Below, one piece after another: positions 45,130 through 56,159 of a stretch of 64,000 nt of DNA. The notes beneath the pieces were generated by a model that searched no databases, had not been told where the DNA came from, and saw nothing but the letters and a program-made list of their open reading frames with translations. The stretch comes from Chthoniobacterales bacterium. Its GTDB lineage: Bacteria > Verrucomicrobiota > Verrucomicrobiia > Chthoniobacterales > DASVRZ01. Position 1 is the first letter of the stretch. The number at the start of each line of letters is the position of its first letter. The DNA lies in assembly GCA_038230215.1 (NCBI GenBank), contig JBBRNR010000001.1, positions 236,498-300,497 on the forward strand, read 5' to 3'. Position numbers and translations under genes: made by a program.

Positions 45130-45594
45130 TCAGGGGTTGACCGGTGTTTCTAGCCGGGTCTTGATCGCCTTGATTAAGGTCGAAGGCACGTACGGCTTCG
45201 GCAGATAGGACTTCGGATCCGCGTCGCCCGTGGTATCGACCATCGAATCCATGCTGTAGCCGCTGCTGTAAATCACCTGCAGACTCGGATTATCCGCCCG
45301 CATCATCTGGGCGACTTGAGTGCCGGACAGGCTGCCGGGCATGATCATGTCCGTCAAAACGAGATCGACGGTGTCTTTTTTTTGCTGCCAAAGCGTGAGC
45401 GCCTCGTCGCCTGATGACGCTTCCAGGACGTGATAGCCGGAATTTTCCAAAACCATGCGGGCAAGTGAGAGGAGCACAGGCTCGTCCTCGATCACGAGAA
45501 TAGTGGGCTTGCTTGCCGTTTGATCCGCAAACTTGGGTTGGTGAACGATACGAACCGTTATGCGATGCGTGTTGGGGGCGGAAATTTGTGCCAT
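45130..45594 (-). CDS. single-domain response regulator (CheY-like)
   Basis: ..TILVIEDEPVLL..DLVLTDMIMPG..IYSSGY..LPKPY... Confidence 0.8.
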   Translation of the reverse strand: MAQISAPNTHRITVRIVHQPKFADQTASKPTILVIEDEPVLLSLARMVLENSGYHVLEASSGDEALTLWQQKKDTVDLVLTDMIMPGSLSGTQVAQMMRADNPSLQVIYSSGYSMDSMVDTTGDADPKSYLPKPYVPSTLIKAIKTRLETPVNP

Positions 45595-45793
45595 GCATCT
45601 TATTAAGCAGGAGGCAGGCCAGCCATTCTTGAGAAATTCGGCCTAGCCTTATAATCTTCTGCTGCGAACCGGCGCTCGGTCGGCTCACCTTGGCTTTGAG
45701 ACACTTCTCCGAGGGAAAAACAGCCCAGCACACCCCGACTACCTATGAAAACCACTTGAGTCCAAGCTCAGAAAATTCATTTAGAGGCTAATT

Positions 45794-46552
45794 TTAATTC
45801 ACTGCGTCAGGATAACGTTGGCAGATTTGGCGATATAATTCGCAAATTTGCGTTTCTAATTCTAGACAAAGCATCTCGCGGGCAGCTTTGGAGGGCAAAT
45901 CACGTCGCGGGTAAATCGGCTGCCCCACATTCATCCAGACCTCGCCCCGGCGCGCGGGCAGCCAGGGTTCGACCGCGCAAAGTTGTTGCACCCCCAAGAT
46001 GACGCACGGCACGACAGGCGCACCTGTCCGGTAAGATAATAACCCAACTCCGCGTTTCACATGACCGCCATGAATCACGCTGTCTGCGCCATCCCGCACC
46101 TCGCCCTCGGGACAAATCCCGATGTTTCCGCTGGATTTTAGCCTCTGGATCGCCGTCTGAATCGCTCTTACCGGCACGCCCTGCCGATGAATGGGAATCG
46201 CGCTCACCGCGTGAAGCAGAAACGCCCAAAGCGGATGCTGGAAAAATTCCACCCGCGAAAGCCAGTCCACCTTGCGGAAAATCAGGCCGCCCAGAATGTG
46301 CGCGTCGAGATGGCTGTTGTGATTCGTCGCCAGAATAAATCCAGCAGGCAGATCAATGGGAAATTTTCGCACCGTCCGCACCCGCACACAGCAGAGCAGG
46401 ATGGCTCGGATCATTGTCCAGCCAGTCCAAAAGCAGACGCTTCGGACGAGGCGAGGCAGCGTAAATTGATAAACTTTGGGAGCCAAAAGAGACGGGATAA
46501 GCCCTTGATTTTTCACCTGGCCCGCAGCCAAGGCAAGCTCTCTCACGCGCAA
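45794..46552 (-). CDS. 1-acyl-sn-glycerol-3-phosphate acyltransferase-like (PlsC family)
   Basis: ..ILATNHNSHLDAHIL.. (HX4D) and ..ICPEGEV.. motifs. The start may be an internal Met. Confidence 0.75.
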   Translation of the reverse strand: MRVRELALAAGQVKNQGLIPSLLAPKVYQFTLPRLVRSVCFWTGWTMIRAILLCCVRVRTVRKFPIDLPAGFILATNHNSHLDAHILGGLIFRKVDWLSRVEFFQHPLWAFLLHAVSAIPIHRQGVPVRAIQTAIQRLKSSGNIGICPEGEVRDGADSVIHGGHVKRGVGLLSYRTGAPVVPCVILGVQQLCAVEPWLPARRGEVWMNVGQPIYPRRDLPSKAAREMLCLELETQICELYRQICQRYPDAVN

Positions 46553-46558
46553 CGCGCG

Positions 46559-47167
46559 TTAAATCGGGGCGCAAAAAGTTTGCACGCAATAGACTCTCTC
46601 AAACCCGCGGCTGTCTTGCGCCGTGGCAAACCCCAGCCCGATCTGGGAATACGGCCGACCCAGCATATTTTCGCGGTGTCCGCGCGAGTTCACCCATTGA
46701 TTGACCACGCTTTTGGCGAGAGCGCGATAGGTATATTCCATAACGGCGGGCGCGGGCGAAGCATGGCGGTTTTTCGCCCAGGCCTGCATATCGCGGAAGT
46801 CGAGGGAGTAGGTCAGCGCGATGTTTTCCGCATAAGCCTTGGGCTGCAATCCAACGCCGCGAATCCGGTCCGTCAATGTTCTGTGACTCGCATCATAGGG
46901 ATTGCGGTGGGCAAAAAAGGTCTCCTCCGCCATCGCCTTCGCGTGACCTTGCGCCGCTGTATTCAAGGGCATGCACATGGTCAACGCCTCGCGGCCCTGG
47001 CTCATGCGAAAGCGATTTGTTTCCTCGACCACGAGACGGCCAAGAAGCTCGCGATTCAACTCGCCGTGCGCGACCGACGCATTTTCCGAGCGCGACTCAG
47101 GGCTACTCGCATAGCTGGAAATCGTGCAGAGACTGAGGAAAAGAGTGAGGATAATTGGCCAGCGCAT
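46559..47167 (-). CDS. secreted CAP/SCP (PR-1-like) domain protein
   Basis: Signal peptide present. ..NRFRMSQGREAL.., ..FFAHRNP.. and ..WVNSRGHRENML.. are CAP-domain motifs. Confidence 0.75.
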   Translation of the reverse strand: MRWPIILTLFLSLCTISSYASSPESRSENASVAHGELNRELLGRLVVEETNRFRMSQGREALTMCMPLNTAAQGHAKAMAEETFFAHRNPYDASHRTLTDRIRGVGLQPKAYAENIALTYSLDFRDMQAWAKNRHASPAPAVMEYTYRALAKSVVNQWVNSRGHRENMLGRPYSQIGLGFATAQDSRGFERVYCVQTFCAPI

Positions 47168-47188
47168 GGGGTATAAAAGTGACGATTT

Positions 47189-47854
47189 TTATTTAGCAGC
47201 CGCCGTGCCACTGAGATTTTCCGCCTTCGGCAACTCGAAATGAGACAGGCTCTCCACCAACCGATTTGCGAGCGACAAATCCTGGTGCCTCGTCAATAAC
47301 GATGGCACTCCGATCACCGTCAATCCGGCAGCCTTCGCGGCGGTCACTCCTGGTTGCGAATCCTCAAACGCATACGACTCAGCCGCTGCCGCACCGAGAT
47401 CCTCCAGCACACGCAGGTAAACCTCGGGATGCGGCTTCGGAGATTGCACCTGATCGACCGTTCGGACGGCCTCGACAAGTGAACGCAGCCCGAGTCGTTT
47501 CAAGCCGTCTTCCACCCAGATGGAAGTCGAATTACTCGCGACTCCGATGCGCCAGCCCCCGGCGCGGCCACGCTCCATCAGGTCCCGCACGCCGGGCAAC
47601 ACGGGCTGACTCAACTGGCGTTCCATGAGTTTGCGGCGGCGCTCGAGGTTGATCGCCACCCAGTCGAATGTGAGTCCGGTGGCTTTTTCCAGATGCGACT
47701 TGGGGTCGAATGCGTTTACCGAGCCGACGGCGGATGTCCAGACTTGCTCGGTTAATTCCACCCCGGCCTCCGCATAGATTTCCTTCCACGAGAGGTATTC
47801 CGGATACTCGGAATCCACAATCAAACCGTCGTAATCAAATATCAGGGCCTTCAA
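47189..47854 (-). CDS. HAD-superfamily hydrolase (subfamily IA phosphatase)
   Basis: MKALIFDYDGLIVDSE (DxD motif), ..VASNS.. and ..AFEDSQPGVTAAKAAG... Confidence 0.8.
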   Translation of the reverse strand: MKALIFDYDGLIVDSEYPEYLSWKEIYAEAGVELTEQVWTSAVGSVNAFDPKSHLEKATGLTFDWVAINLERRRKLMERQLSQPVLPGVRDLMERGRAGGWRIGVASNSTSIWVEDGLKRLGLRSLVEAVRTVDQVQSPKPHPEVYLRVLEDLGAAAAESYAFEDSQPGVTAAKAAGLTVIGVPSLLTRHQDLSLANRLVESLSHFELPKAENLSGTAAAK

Positions 47855-48194
47855 AATGGAGGGTCACTTTATTCAGCCTGAGAAAAACGCAACTCCCATG
47901 GCCGGTGGACGAGCGCACTTTGAACCCTCTCACGAAAAGCCACAGGGCTTGGCTCCGTGGGAGCCTCATCTCTATAGAAGCAAGTCAGGGAGAACGCATA
48001 AGCGCCGTGGGTGCGACACCGGACTTTCCACTCGTGGCGGGCCAATGCCGGTCCTCTGCGCCTGATTCGACTGAAACTCAATTGGCTAGAGTTAGGCCGA
48101 CCCTAATGGGTCTGCCATTTTGCTGCATCCTCCCTACTTCAGGTCTCGCACTTTTCAGCGTGCGTCGGCAACGCAGGGTGTCAGACTGTGCGCC

Positions 48195-48611
48195 ATGGTT
48201 CAGATCGATATTTCCTACGACGGCGGGCTGCATTGCACCGCCACACACGCCCCCTCAGGCACCGTTCTCAGCACCGACGCCCCAGTCGATAACCAGGGAA
48301 AAGGCGAAAGTTTTTCCCCGACGGACCTCGTGGCCACGGCGCTCGGCACTTGCGTGGCGACGACGATGGACATTTATGCCCGGCGCAAAGAGATCGATCT
48401 GACGGGGCTGCGAATCACGGTGAAAAAGGAAATGAGTGCCGTCGCGCCGCGTCGGATTGCGAAATTGGAGACGGAGATGTGGCTCCCGCTGCCGCTTTCC
48501 GCCGACCCCGAGCGCTTGTTGGAAAAAGTGGCGATGTCGTGCCCGGTCCATGCGAGCCTTAGTCCCGATGTGGCTTTGCCAGTGACCGTGCATTACCGCG
48601 AGGAAGCCTAA
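48195..48611 (+). CDS. OsmC-family protein (peroxiredoxin-like)
   Basis: Start at MVQIDISYDGG (atg 48195). ..FSPTDLVATALGTCV.. and ..SCPVHASL.. carry the two conserved Cys regions. Confidence 0.8.
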   Translation: MVQIDISYDGGLHCTATHAPSGTVLSTDAPVDNQGKGESFSPTDLVATALGTCVATTMDIYARRKEIDLTGLRITVKKEMSAVAPRRIAKLETEMWLPLPLSADPERLLEKVAMSCPVHASLSPDVALPVTVHYREEA

Positions 48612-48654
48612 AAAAGAGGCCGTTTTTCGTTAAAATGGCCTAAAGTGTGCCAAA

Positions 48655-48930
48655 GTGTCGCTTACCGGGCCGTTTATAAGGCCGACCGGCCCGTTAATAA
48701 GCCCGACCGCGTTGTTTCTTAGACCGTCCGCTTCGTTTTCTACGCCGACCGGCCCGTTTCTAGGACCGACCACTTCATTTCTAGGACCGACCACTTCATT
48801 TCTAGGACCGACCGGACTCTTTCCAAGCCCGACGCGGCGGTTAACAATGTCGACTGGCGTGTTTTTATAGCCGACCGGACTTAAAATAAACCCGACCGCT
48901 CCGTTTCTAGGACCGACGATGCCGTTTTAG
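48655..48930. repeat. tandem array, ~13 units, 21-bp period (e.g. ggaccgaccacttcatttcta x2 perfect), core CCGACC ... TTTCTA
   Basis: Hand parsing gives consecutive 19-22 nt units from about 48681 to 48929. It fills the convergent gap between the osmC-like gene and nuoG, and the last unit overlaps the nuoG stop codon. Confidence 0.8.
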
Positions 48931-50585
48931 AGCTGGACGCCGAGATCGCCGATCTTGCTGAGGCTGCGGCCGGTGAAGGCGGGGACTTTGGCGGCCATCT
49001 GCGCGAAGACTTCCTCGATGGTGTAGATGCCATTTTGCCCGTTGATCGCCTGAATGAGGTCGCGGAGGATTTCCCAATCGTCGTGGGCGAGGCCGGGGCT
49101 CTGGATGGCTTGGTTGAGGCGTTGCAGGCGATTTTTTCCGTTGATCATCGAGCCGCGCTTTTCGGCGAAACTGGCCCCCGGCAACACGACGCTGGCGTGT
49201 TTCGTGGAGGCATTGGGCAAAATATCGAGGACGACCAAAGTTTTCAGTCGAGTCAGATCGGACTCAGCCAGACCAGCGGCGATGGCGTTTTCACCGAGGA
49301 GAATAAGGCCCTCGATGGTGCCGGATTTCACTCCTTCGGCGATGGATGCGAGGCGCTCACCGGGAGTTTCACCGGTGACGCCGAGGAGTTTCGCCCCGGC
49401 GGTGTTCGGGTTGCGGTCGGCGGCGATGAGGAGTCCGTCGGCTTCACCCGTGCGCGGGAGGATGTCGATGGCGCTGATGTTCAACGCGTCGGCCAGGCGA
49501 CGGGCGAGGAAAAGTTCCTCGTTGGTCATGCGGCCACTGGCGATGAGGGCGATTTTACCCGCTCCAATCGACTTACATTGCGATGCAGCGGTGGAAATCG
49601 CCTCGGCCCAAGTGGTGTTGGTGAGCTTTCCTTTTTCGATGATCTGCGGGTGGAGCAGGCGGTCGTCGCGGTGAATGTATTTGAAGTTGAGCCGGTGGCT
49701 GTCGGGCAGCCAGTTTTGGTTCACGTCGTTGTTTTCGCGAGGCGTAATGCGATAGATTTGCTCTTCACGGGCGCCGACGATGATGTTCGATCCGGTGGCG
49801 CAATTGACGTCGATGGTCTTGGTTTCCTTGAGGAACCAGACGCGCATCTTGAAGCGGAAATCAGTATTGGTCAGCGCGCCAACGGGGCAGAGATCGACGG
49901 TGTTGAGGGAATAATTCGAGTCGAGCACCTTGTCCGGGTGGCAGCTGAGGGTGGTGTGGCTGCCGCGGTCGGTGAAGCCGAGCACGTCGTCATTCGCGAC
50001 CTCTTTCATAAAGCGGATGCAGCGGGAGCAGAGAATGCAGCGTTCGTCGTCGAGGGTGACGCGCGGTCCGAGCTGGACGTTTTTCGGTTTTTTGACCTTG
50101 TGCTCAAGGAAACGGGAGCTGCTCTGGCCGTATTCGACGCTAAATTCCTGGAGGCGGCATTCCCCGGCCTGGTCGCAGATCGGGCAATCGAGCGGGTGGT
50201 TAATGAGAAGAAATTCCATGACGCCCTTGCGGCATTCCTGGACCATCGGTGAGTCGGTTCGCACTCCCATGCCTTCGGCAACGTCCTGCGCACAGGAGAT
50301 TTGCGGACGCGGAATCCAGTTGATGAGAGGAAAGCCGTCTTCGCCGAGTTCCATTTTGCGCTCGGGGCTCATCTTCGGCATGCCCATTTCGACAAGGCAC
50401 ATGCGGCAGTTGCCGGGTGAGCTGAGTTTCGGATGGTAACAGTAGCGCGGGATAAATTTTCCCGCCTGCGAGCAAGCTTCGATGACACGCGTGCCCTTGG
50501 CGATCTTGTGCCAGACGCCGTCGATCTGGACGTTGAGAAGCGTCACGGGTGGAGGTGCAATGGTAGCGTCTGTGGCGGTGCTCAT
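48927..50585 (-). CDS. nuoG: NADH-quinone oxidoreductase subunit G (short form)
   Basis: N-terminal 2Fe-2S ferredoxin fold (..YCYHPKLSSPGNCRMCLVEM..), then the His/Cys cluster ..HPLDCPICDQAGEC.. and ..CILCSRCIRF... At 552 aa it is shorter than E. coli-type NuoG. Confidence 0.85.
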   Translation of the reverse strand: MSTATDATIAPPPVTLLNVQIDGVWHKIAKGTRVIEACSQAGKFIPRYCYHPKLSSPGNCRMCLVEMGMPKMSPERKMELGEDGFPLINWIPRPQISCAQDVAEGMGVRTDSPMVQECRKGVMEFLLINHPLDCPICDQAGECRLQEFSVEYGQSSSRFLEHKVKKPKNVQLGPRVTLDDERCILCSRCIRFMKEVANDDVLGFTDRGSHTTLSCHPDKVLDSNYSLNTVDLCPVGALTNTDFRFKMRVWFLKETKTIDVNCATGSNIIVGAREEQIYRITPRENNDVNQNWLPDSHRLNFKYIHRDDRLLHPQIIEKGKLTNTTWAEAISTAASQCKSIGAGKIALIASGRMTNEELFLARRLADALNISAIDILPRTGEADGLLIAADRNPNTAGAKLLGVTGETPGERLASIAEGVKSGTIEGLILLGENAIAAGLAESDLTRLKTLVVLDILPNASTKHASVVLPGASFAEKRGSMINGKNRLQRLNQAIQSPGLAHDDWEILRDLIQAINGQNGIYTIEEVFAQMAAKVPAFTGRSLSKIGDLGVQL

Positions 50586-50771
50586 GGTAAAAAGTTCGGG
50601 TGGAACATGGCGGATGCGGAGAATTTTGGGAAGTGAATTTCCGTGCGTTCGCAGGAAGTGAATTTTCTCGCAGGAAATCTGGCCATTCGCATCGGAGTTA
50701 CATTATTATTCCCGAAATCCATTGAACCCCCGGCACCGGTCCTGCTGCTTATTTACCAACTGAAAAAATAC

Positions 50772-53471
50772 ATGACTTCGGATGCCCATAATCTCGCTCC
50801 CGTTGTCGGTGTTGACTCCATGCCAGCCGCGGTCCCTCCCTCTGAAAAACGCCGTCTCGAGGTATTGCAAAGCTATGCGTTGCTGGATTCCGAGCCCGAG
50901 GAGGCCTATGACGATCTGACTCAGATGGCAGCCCAAATTTGCGATGCGCCCATCGCTATGATCAGTCTGGTGGACAAAGATCGACAGTGGTTTAAGTCTC
51001 GAATCAATTATCCACCTCTGGAAAAGCCACGTCTGGAGTCCATCTGTGCACATGCCATTCAGCAGGATGCTTTATTCATTGTCCCCGATCTGCTGAAGGA
51101 CGACCGATTTTGCCACAATCCGATCGCGCAAGGGCCGCATCCAATCCGTTTTTACGCGGGCGCTCCGTTGGTCGCACCGGAGGGCATGAGTATCGGGACG
51201 ATCTGTGTGATGGATTATGAGCCACGCACGCTCACTTCGGAGCAGCAGCTAACTCTGCAAGTGTTGAGTCGCATGGTGATGGCGAAACTGGAGTTGCGCC
51301 GGAAAAATCTGGAGCTGGCTAAGGCCGGCACAGCGCAGTTGCATTTGGATGAAGATCGCCTCCGCATGGCCCTGGATGCGGCACACCTGGGCACTTGGGC
51401 TACGTCGCTGGAAGCAGGCTTTACGGTTTGGGACAAACGCGGCCAGGAGCAATTTGGCGCGACAGACAACACCATGAGTAGCGATCTGGCGCTCCAACGC
51501 GTGCATCCCGAAGACCGGGAAAAAGTCGTCGCCGCCGCCTCAGTAGCCATCAAACGCCCCGACGGAAAATACCAGGCGGAGTTCCGTGTCATTTGGCCCG
51601 ACGGTTCCGTGCATTGGATTTTCTGCAATGGCCGCGTGCAATTTTCCGGCACAGGCGAAAATCGAAAACCGATTCGCATCACCGGTCTAAATCGCGACAT
51701 CACCGAACGCCGCCGCGCCCAAATCGCGTTGCAAACCAAGTCTGAGTTACTCACTGCCGTCAGCGAATCGCTGGAGGTATTTCTGGCGCTGGGCGACTGG
51801 GGCAAAGCTCTCGGACGACTCCTGCGCTATGCCTTGGAACGAACCCAGAGCAGCTACGGTTTTATCGGCGTCCTCACCGATGACCATCAGGAACTCCGCG
51901 TTCTGGCTTACGAAGGAATGACGGATCATCCCGAGGCAGACCCGGCCTTCACCCAGCTGGCTGCGAAAGGTTTTGAAGAAAAAGGCTACCTCTCATTTAC
52001 CCGGTTCGAGAACCTCTTCGGGAAAGTCATTCTCACCGGTCAGGTCGTGACATCCAACGAGCCAATGTCCAATGCGGCACATGGCCTGCCACCCGGCCAT
52101 CCGCCGCTTCATACCTATCTCGGCGTCCCCATTCTGCGCGGCTCCCAAGTCGTCGGCATGATCGCGCTGGCTAATCGCCCCAGTGGTTATTCCGTAAGCG
52201 AGCAGTCGGACATGGAGATGCTCGTGCAACAAGCGGGCGTGCTCTGCGACAGCTACCGCCAGACTGAACGCGAGGCGTTTCTGAAGCGCGACCACGACGC
52301 ATTGGAACTCCAGCTCCGGCATTCGCAAAAAATGGAGGCCATCGGGCAGCTAGCCGGCGGCGTGGCTCATGATTTTAATAACTTGCTCACCGTCATCACC
52401 GGACACGCCGAGCTGAGTTTAATGCAATTCCCCATTTCAGGTCCGCAGCGCGATTCGCTACTTCAGATCGCGATGGCCGGCGAGCGAGCAGCCCAGTTAA
52501 CCCGCCAGTTGCTCACATTTTCGCGACGCCAGCTTTTCCAGCCTGCCCCGGTCGGAATCAACGCGATCATCGAGGAAATCGTGAAAATGCTCCGTCGCAT
52601 GGTCGGCGAAAATGTCACCATTCAAATGGAACTCGCCCCTACCCTGCCCTGCATCCAGGCCGACGCCGGAATGATCGAGCAGGTCTTGATGAATCTAGTG
52701 GTCAACGCCCGCGACGCCATGCCAGGTGGCGGCCAGATCATCATCAAAACCGGTACCTGCATGATCGATGGAGAACATAGCCAGCTCAAATTCGGAGCCA
52801 AACCCGGCCGTAGCGTCTGGCTCAGCGTCACCGACACCGGCACCGGGATCGATCCTGAGCATTTGGCCCACATTTTCGAGCCGTTTTACACCACCAAGGA
52901 AGTTGGCTCCGGCACCGGCCTCGGCCTGGCGACGGTTTACGGCATCGTCCAGCAGCACAACGGCTGGATCGAGGTCGAAAGCGAAGTCGGAAAAGGGACG
53001 ACTTTCAGTGTTCTCATCCCCGCGACCACCGAGGCGGCAGCTGACCATGATGCCTCGGATGCCGACGACTTGCGCGGTGGAAAGGAGACCATTCTCCTGG
53101 CCGAAGACGAGGAATTTGTCCGCACACTGGCCAAACGCGTCCTGGAAGATCTGGGTTACATCGTGTTGGAGGCCACCACCGGGGCCGAGGCCTTGGAAGT
53201 CTGGGAACAAAACCAGAGTCAAATCGGAATCCTGCTCACCGACATGGTGATGCCCGGTAAATTGTCCGGTCGCGATGTGGCGGAAAAAATCCGCGTGACG
53301 CACCCGCAGTTACCCGTGATTTATTCAAGCGGCTACAGCCAGGAGTTGCTAAAATCCGGCCTTGAGCTGAGCGAGGGCATCACGTTTTTACCAAAGCCTT
53401 ATCGTCCTCAGGAACTTATCGAGGCCGTCCGCGAGGCTCTCGACAGCAGACGTAAAACCGCCGCAGATTAG
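50772..53471 (+). CDS. hybrid sensor histidine kinase: GAF - PAS/PAC - GAF - HisKA - HATPase_c - REC
   Basis: Start at MTSDAHN (atg 50772). H-box ..GGVAHDFNNLLTVI.., ..DTGTGI.., ..GTGLGLATVYG.. and receiver ..TILLAEDEEFV..LTDMVMPG... Confidence 0.88.
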   Translation: MTSDAHNLAPVVGVDSMPAAVPPSEKRRLEVLQSYALLDSEPEEAYDDLTQMAAQICDAPIAMISLVDKDRQWFKSRINYPPLEKPRLESICAHAIQQDALFIVPDLLKDDRFCHNPIAQGPHPIRFYAGAPLVAPEGMSIGTICVMDYEPRTLTSEQQLTLQVLSRMVMAKLELRRKNLELAKAGTAQLHLDEDRLRMALDAAHLGTWATSLEAGFTVWDKRGQEQFGATDNTMSSDLALQRVHPEDREKVVAAASVAIKRPDGKYQAEFRVIWPDGSVHWIFCNGRVQFSGTGENRKPIRITGLNRDITERRRAQIALQTKSELLTAVSESLEVFLALGDWGKALGRLLRYALERTQSSYGFIGVLTDDHQELRVLAYEGMTDHPEADPAFTQLAAKGFEEKGYLSFTRFENLFGKVILTGQVVTSNEPMSNAAHGLPPGHPPLHTYLGVPILRGSQVVGMIALANRPSGYSVSEQSDMEMLVQQAGVLCDSYRQTEREAFLKRDHDALELQLRHSQKMEAIGQLAGGVAHDFNNLLTVITGHAELSLMQFPISGPQRDSLLQIAMAGERAAQLTRQLLTFSRRQLFQPAPVGINAIIEEIVKMLRRMVGENVTIQMELAPTLPCIQADAGMIEQVLMNLVVNARDAMPGGGQIIIKTGTCMIDGEHSQLKFGAKPGRSVWLSVTDTGTGIDPEHLAHIFEPFYTTKEVGSGTGLGLATVYGIVQQHNGWIEVESEVGKGTTFSVLIPATTEAAADHDASDADDLRGGKETILLAEDEEFVRTLAKRVLEDLGYIVLEATTGAEALEVWEQNQSQIGILLTDMVMPGKLSGRDVAEKIRVTHPQLPVIYSSGYSQELLKSGLELSEGITFLPKPYRPQELIEAVREALDSRRKTAAD

Positions 53472-53474
53472 CGG

Positions 53475-54935
<1,461 letters not shown>

Positions 54936-54940
54936 GAGAT

Positions 54941-55459
54941 TTAGACGGCGTATTCTTCCTTGTCGGCGCAATTTTCCAGGAGCGTGGTTGCTTCGTCGTG
55001 GGTGACGCCCTCGTGGAAGTCATCGCCAATCATGCAGACCGGCGCGGTGCCGCAACTGGCGAGGCATTCCACAAACTCGATGGAAAATTTTCCATCCTCG
55101 CTCACGGAAACCGGGTCGCCGTGGCCACCGTGTTCATGGCGGTGAATGCCCGCTTTCTGGCAGAAATGCTCCATTAACTCGTAACTCCCGCCCATCGCGC
55201 AGGAGAGCGTGCGGCAGACGCGGATATGGTGCAGGCCCGCCGGTTTGCGCCGGAACATCGGGTAAAATGTGACGACTTCGAGGACGTTGATCGGCTGCAA
55301 TTCGAGTTTGGTTGCAATCCAAGTGATCATTTCGTCGCTGATATAACCCATTTCCTCCTGAAACAAATGGAGCAACGGCAGCGTGGCCGAGCGTTTCGAG
55401 ACAGGGTAATGCGTGATCGTTTCGTCGATCTTGGCGGCAAAGTCAGTGGGAAGATCCAT
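54941..55459 (-). CDS. nuoE: NADH-quinone oxidoreductase subunit E (24-kDa, 2Fe-2S)
   Basis: ..HHIRVCRTLSCAMGG.. and ..ECLASCGTAPV.. are the cluster-binding Cys motifs. Confidence 0.9.
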   Translation of the reverse strand: MDLPTDFAAKIDETITHYPVSKRSATLPLLHLFQEEMGYISDEMITWIATKLELQPINVLEVVTFYPMFRRKPAGLHHIRVCRTLSCAMGGSYELMEHFCQKAGIHRHEHGGHGDPVSVSEDGKFSIEFVECLASCGTAPVCMIGDDFHEGVTHDEATTLLENCADKEEYAV

Positions 55460-55586
55460 TAGATTCTTGGTTCCGAAGTGGTGAGACGAACTTCATACCC
55501 GATAAGCGAACGCTGCGGAAATGAAAAAGATGCCGAATGTGGCGGTTCTTTGCGCTGGCCCGCCTCCCCCAGAGCTTGGACCTTTT

Positions 55587-56159
55587 TTATTTGTCCTTCA
55601 TCCAATGCCACGAGCAGTAGCTGCTTTCGAGCGCGGAATTAAAACTTTCGAAGTCCATCGCAGGTGCGGTGGAGACAATTTGTAGAAAATAAGGGCCGAG
55701 ATTCACGAAAGTGACTCGAACGCTGAATTTTTTTCCGTAAAAGCCGTAGGACAAGTCGGCGGTGTAGGATTCCCTGTTGCCAATGAGATGCAGGCCCGTG
55801 CCCTCGGTGAAGCTGAGGAGCTGGCCATCGGTGGGGACAAGGGTTTTGGCAAAGGCTTTGAAGGCGGCGAGGTTGCCAGGATTGAAAGGACCGGCCTTGG
55901 GCGTGGGCAGCACGGTGAAGGTGGCTTGGGCCTGGCCGTTTTTCGGGTCTTCCAGGCTAAGTTTATTGCCTCCACCGGAGGTTTTCCAACCGTTGGGTGG
56001 ACCATAGCCGACGCGTTGGTCACCATCAGGAAAACTGAGGTAATGGATTGAGTAGGTGTCGATCATCTGCGTTTCCTGACGGGGCGTGAAATCCAGCGCT
56101 GTCGCGGTGGAGACTCCCCATGCGCAGAGAAGAAGGGCAGGGAAAATGGCTGCTTTCAT
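55587..56159 (-). CDS. secreted hypothetical protein (last gene of the pseudopilin operon)
   Basis: Start at MKAAIFPALLLCAWGVSTATA (ATGA overlap at 56156-56159). The ORF extension to 56513 overlaps the upstream gene. Confidence 0.6.
   Translation of the reverse strand: MKAAIFPALLLCAWGVSTATALDFTPRQETQMIDTYSIHYLSFPDGDQRVGYGPPNGWKTSGGGNKLSLEDPKNGQAQATFTVLPTPKAGPFNPGNLAAFKAFAKTLVPTDGQLLSFTEGTGLHLIGNRESYTADLSYGFYGKKFSVRVTFVNLGPYFLQIVSTAPAMDFESFNSALESSYCSWHWMKDK

Noticed and set aside
47855-48194. 340-nt intergenic region between the HAD and osmC-like genes as an ncRNA or riboswitch
   Set aside because: It contains short overlapping ORFs (47856..48065, 47869..48081) that look non-coding. I found no motif of the RNA families I can recognise by eye (tmRNA, SRP, RNase P, 6S, common riboswitches), and only a weak 6-bp distal pairing (gagggt/accctc). 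It is most simply a divergent promoter region.
48655-48930. CRISPR array interpretation of the 21-bp-period arrays
   Set aside because: The units are contiguous at about 21 bp with no separate repeat and spacer of CRISPR size. The repeats are degenerate and no cas genes lie nearby.
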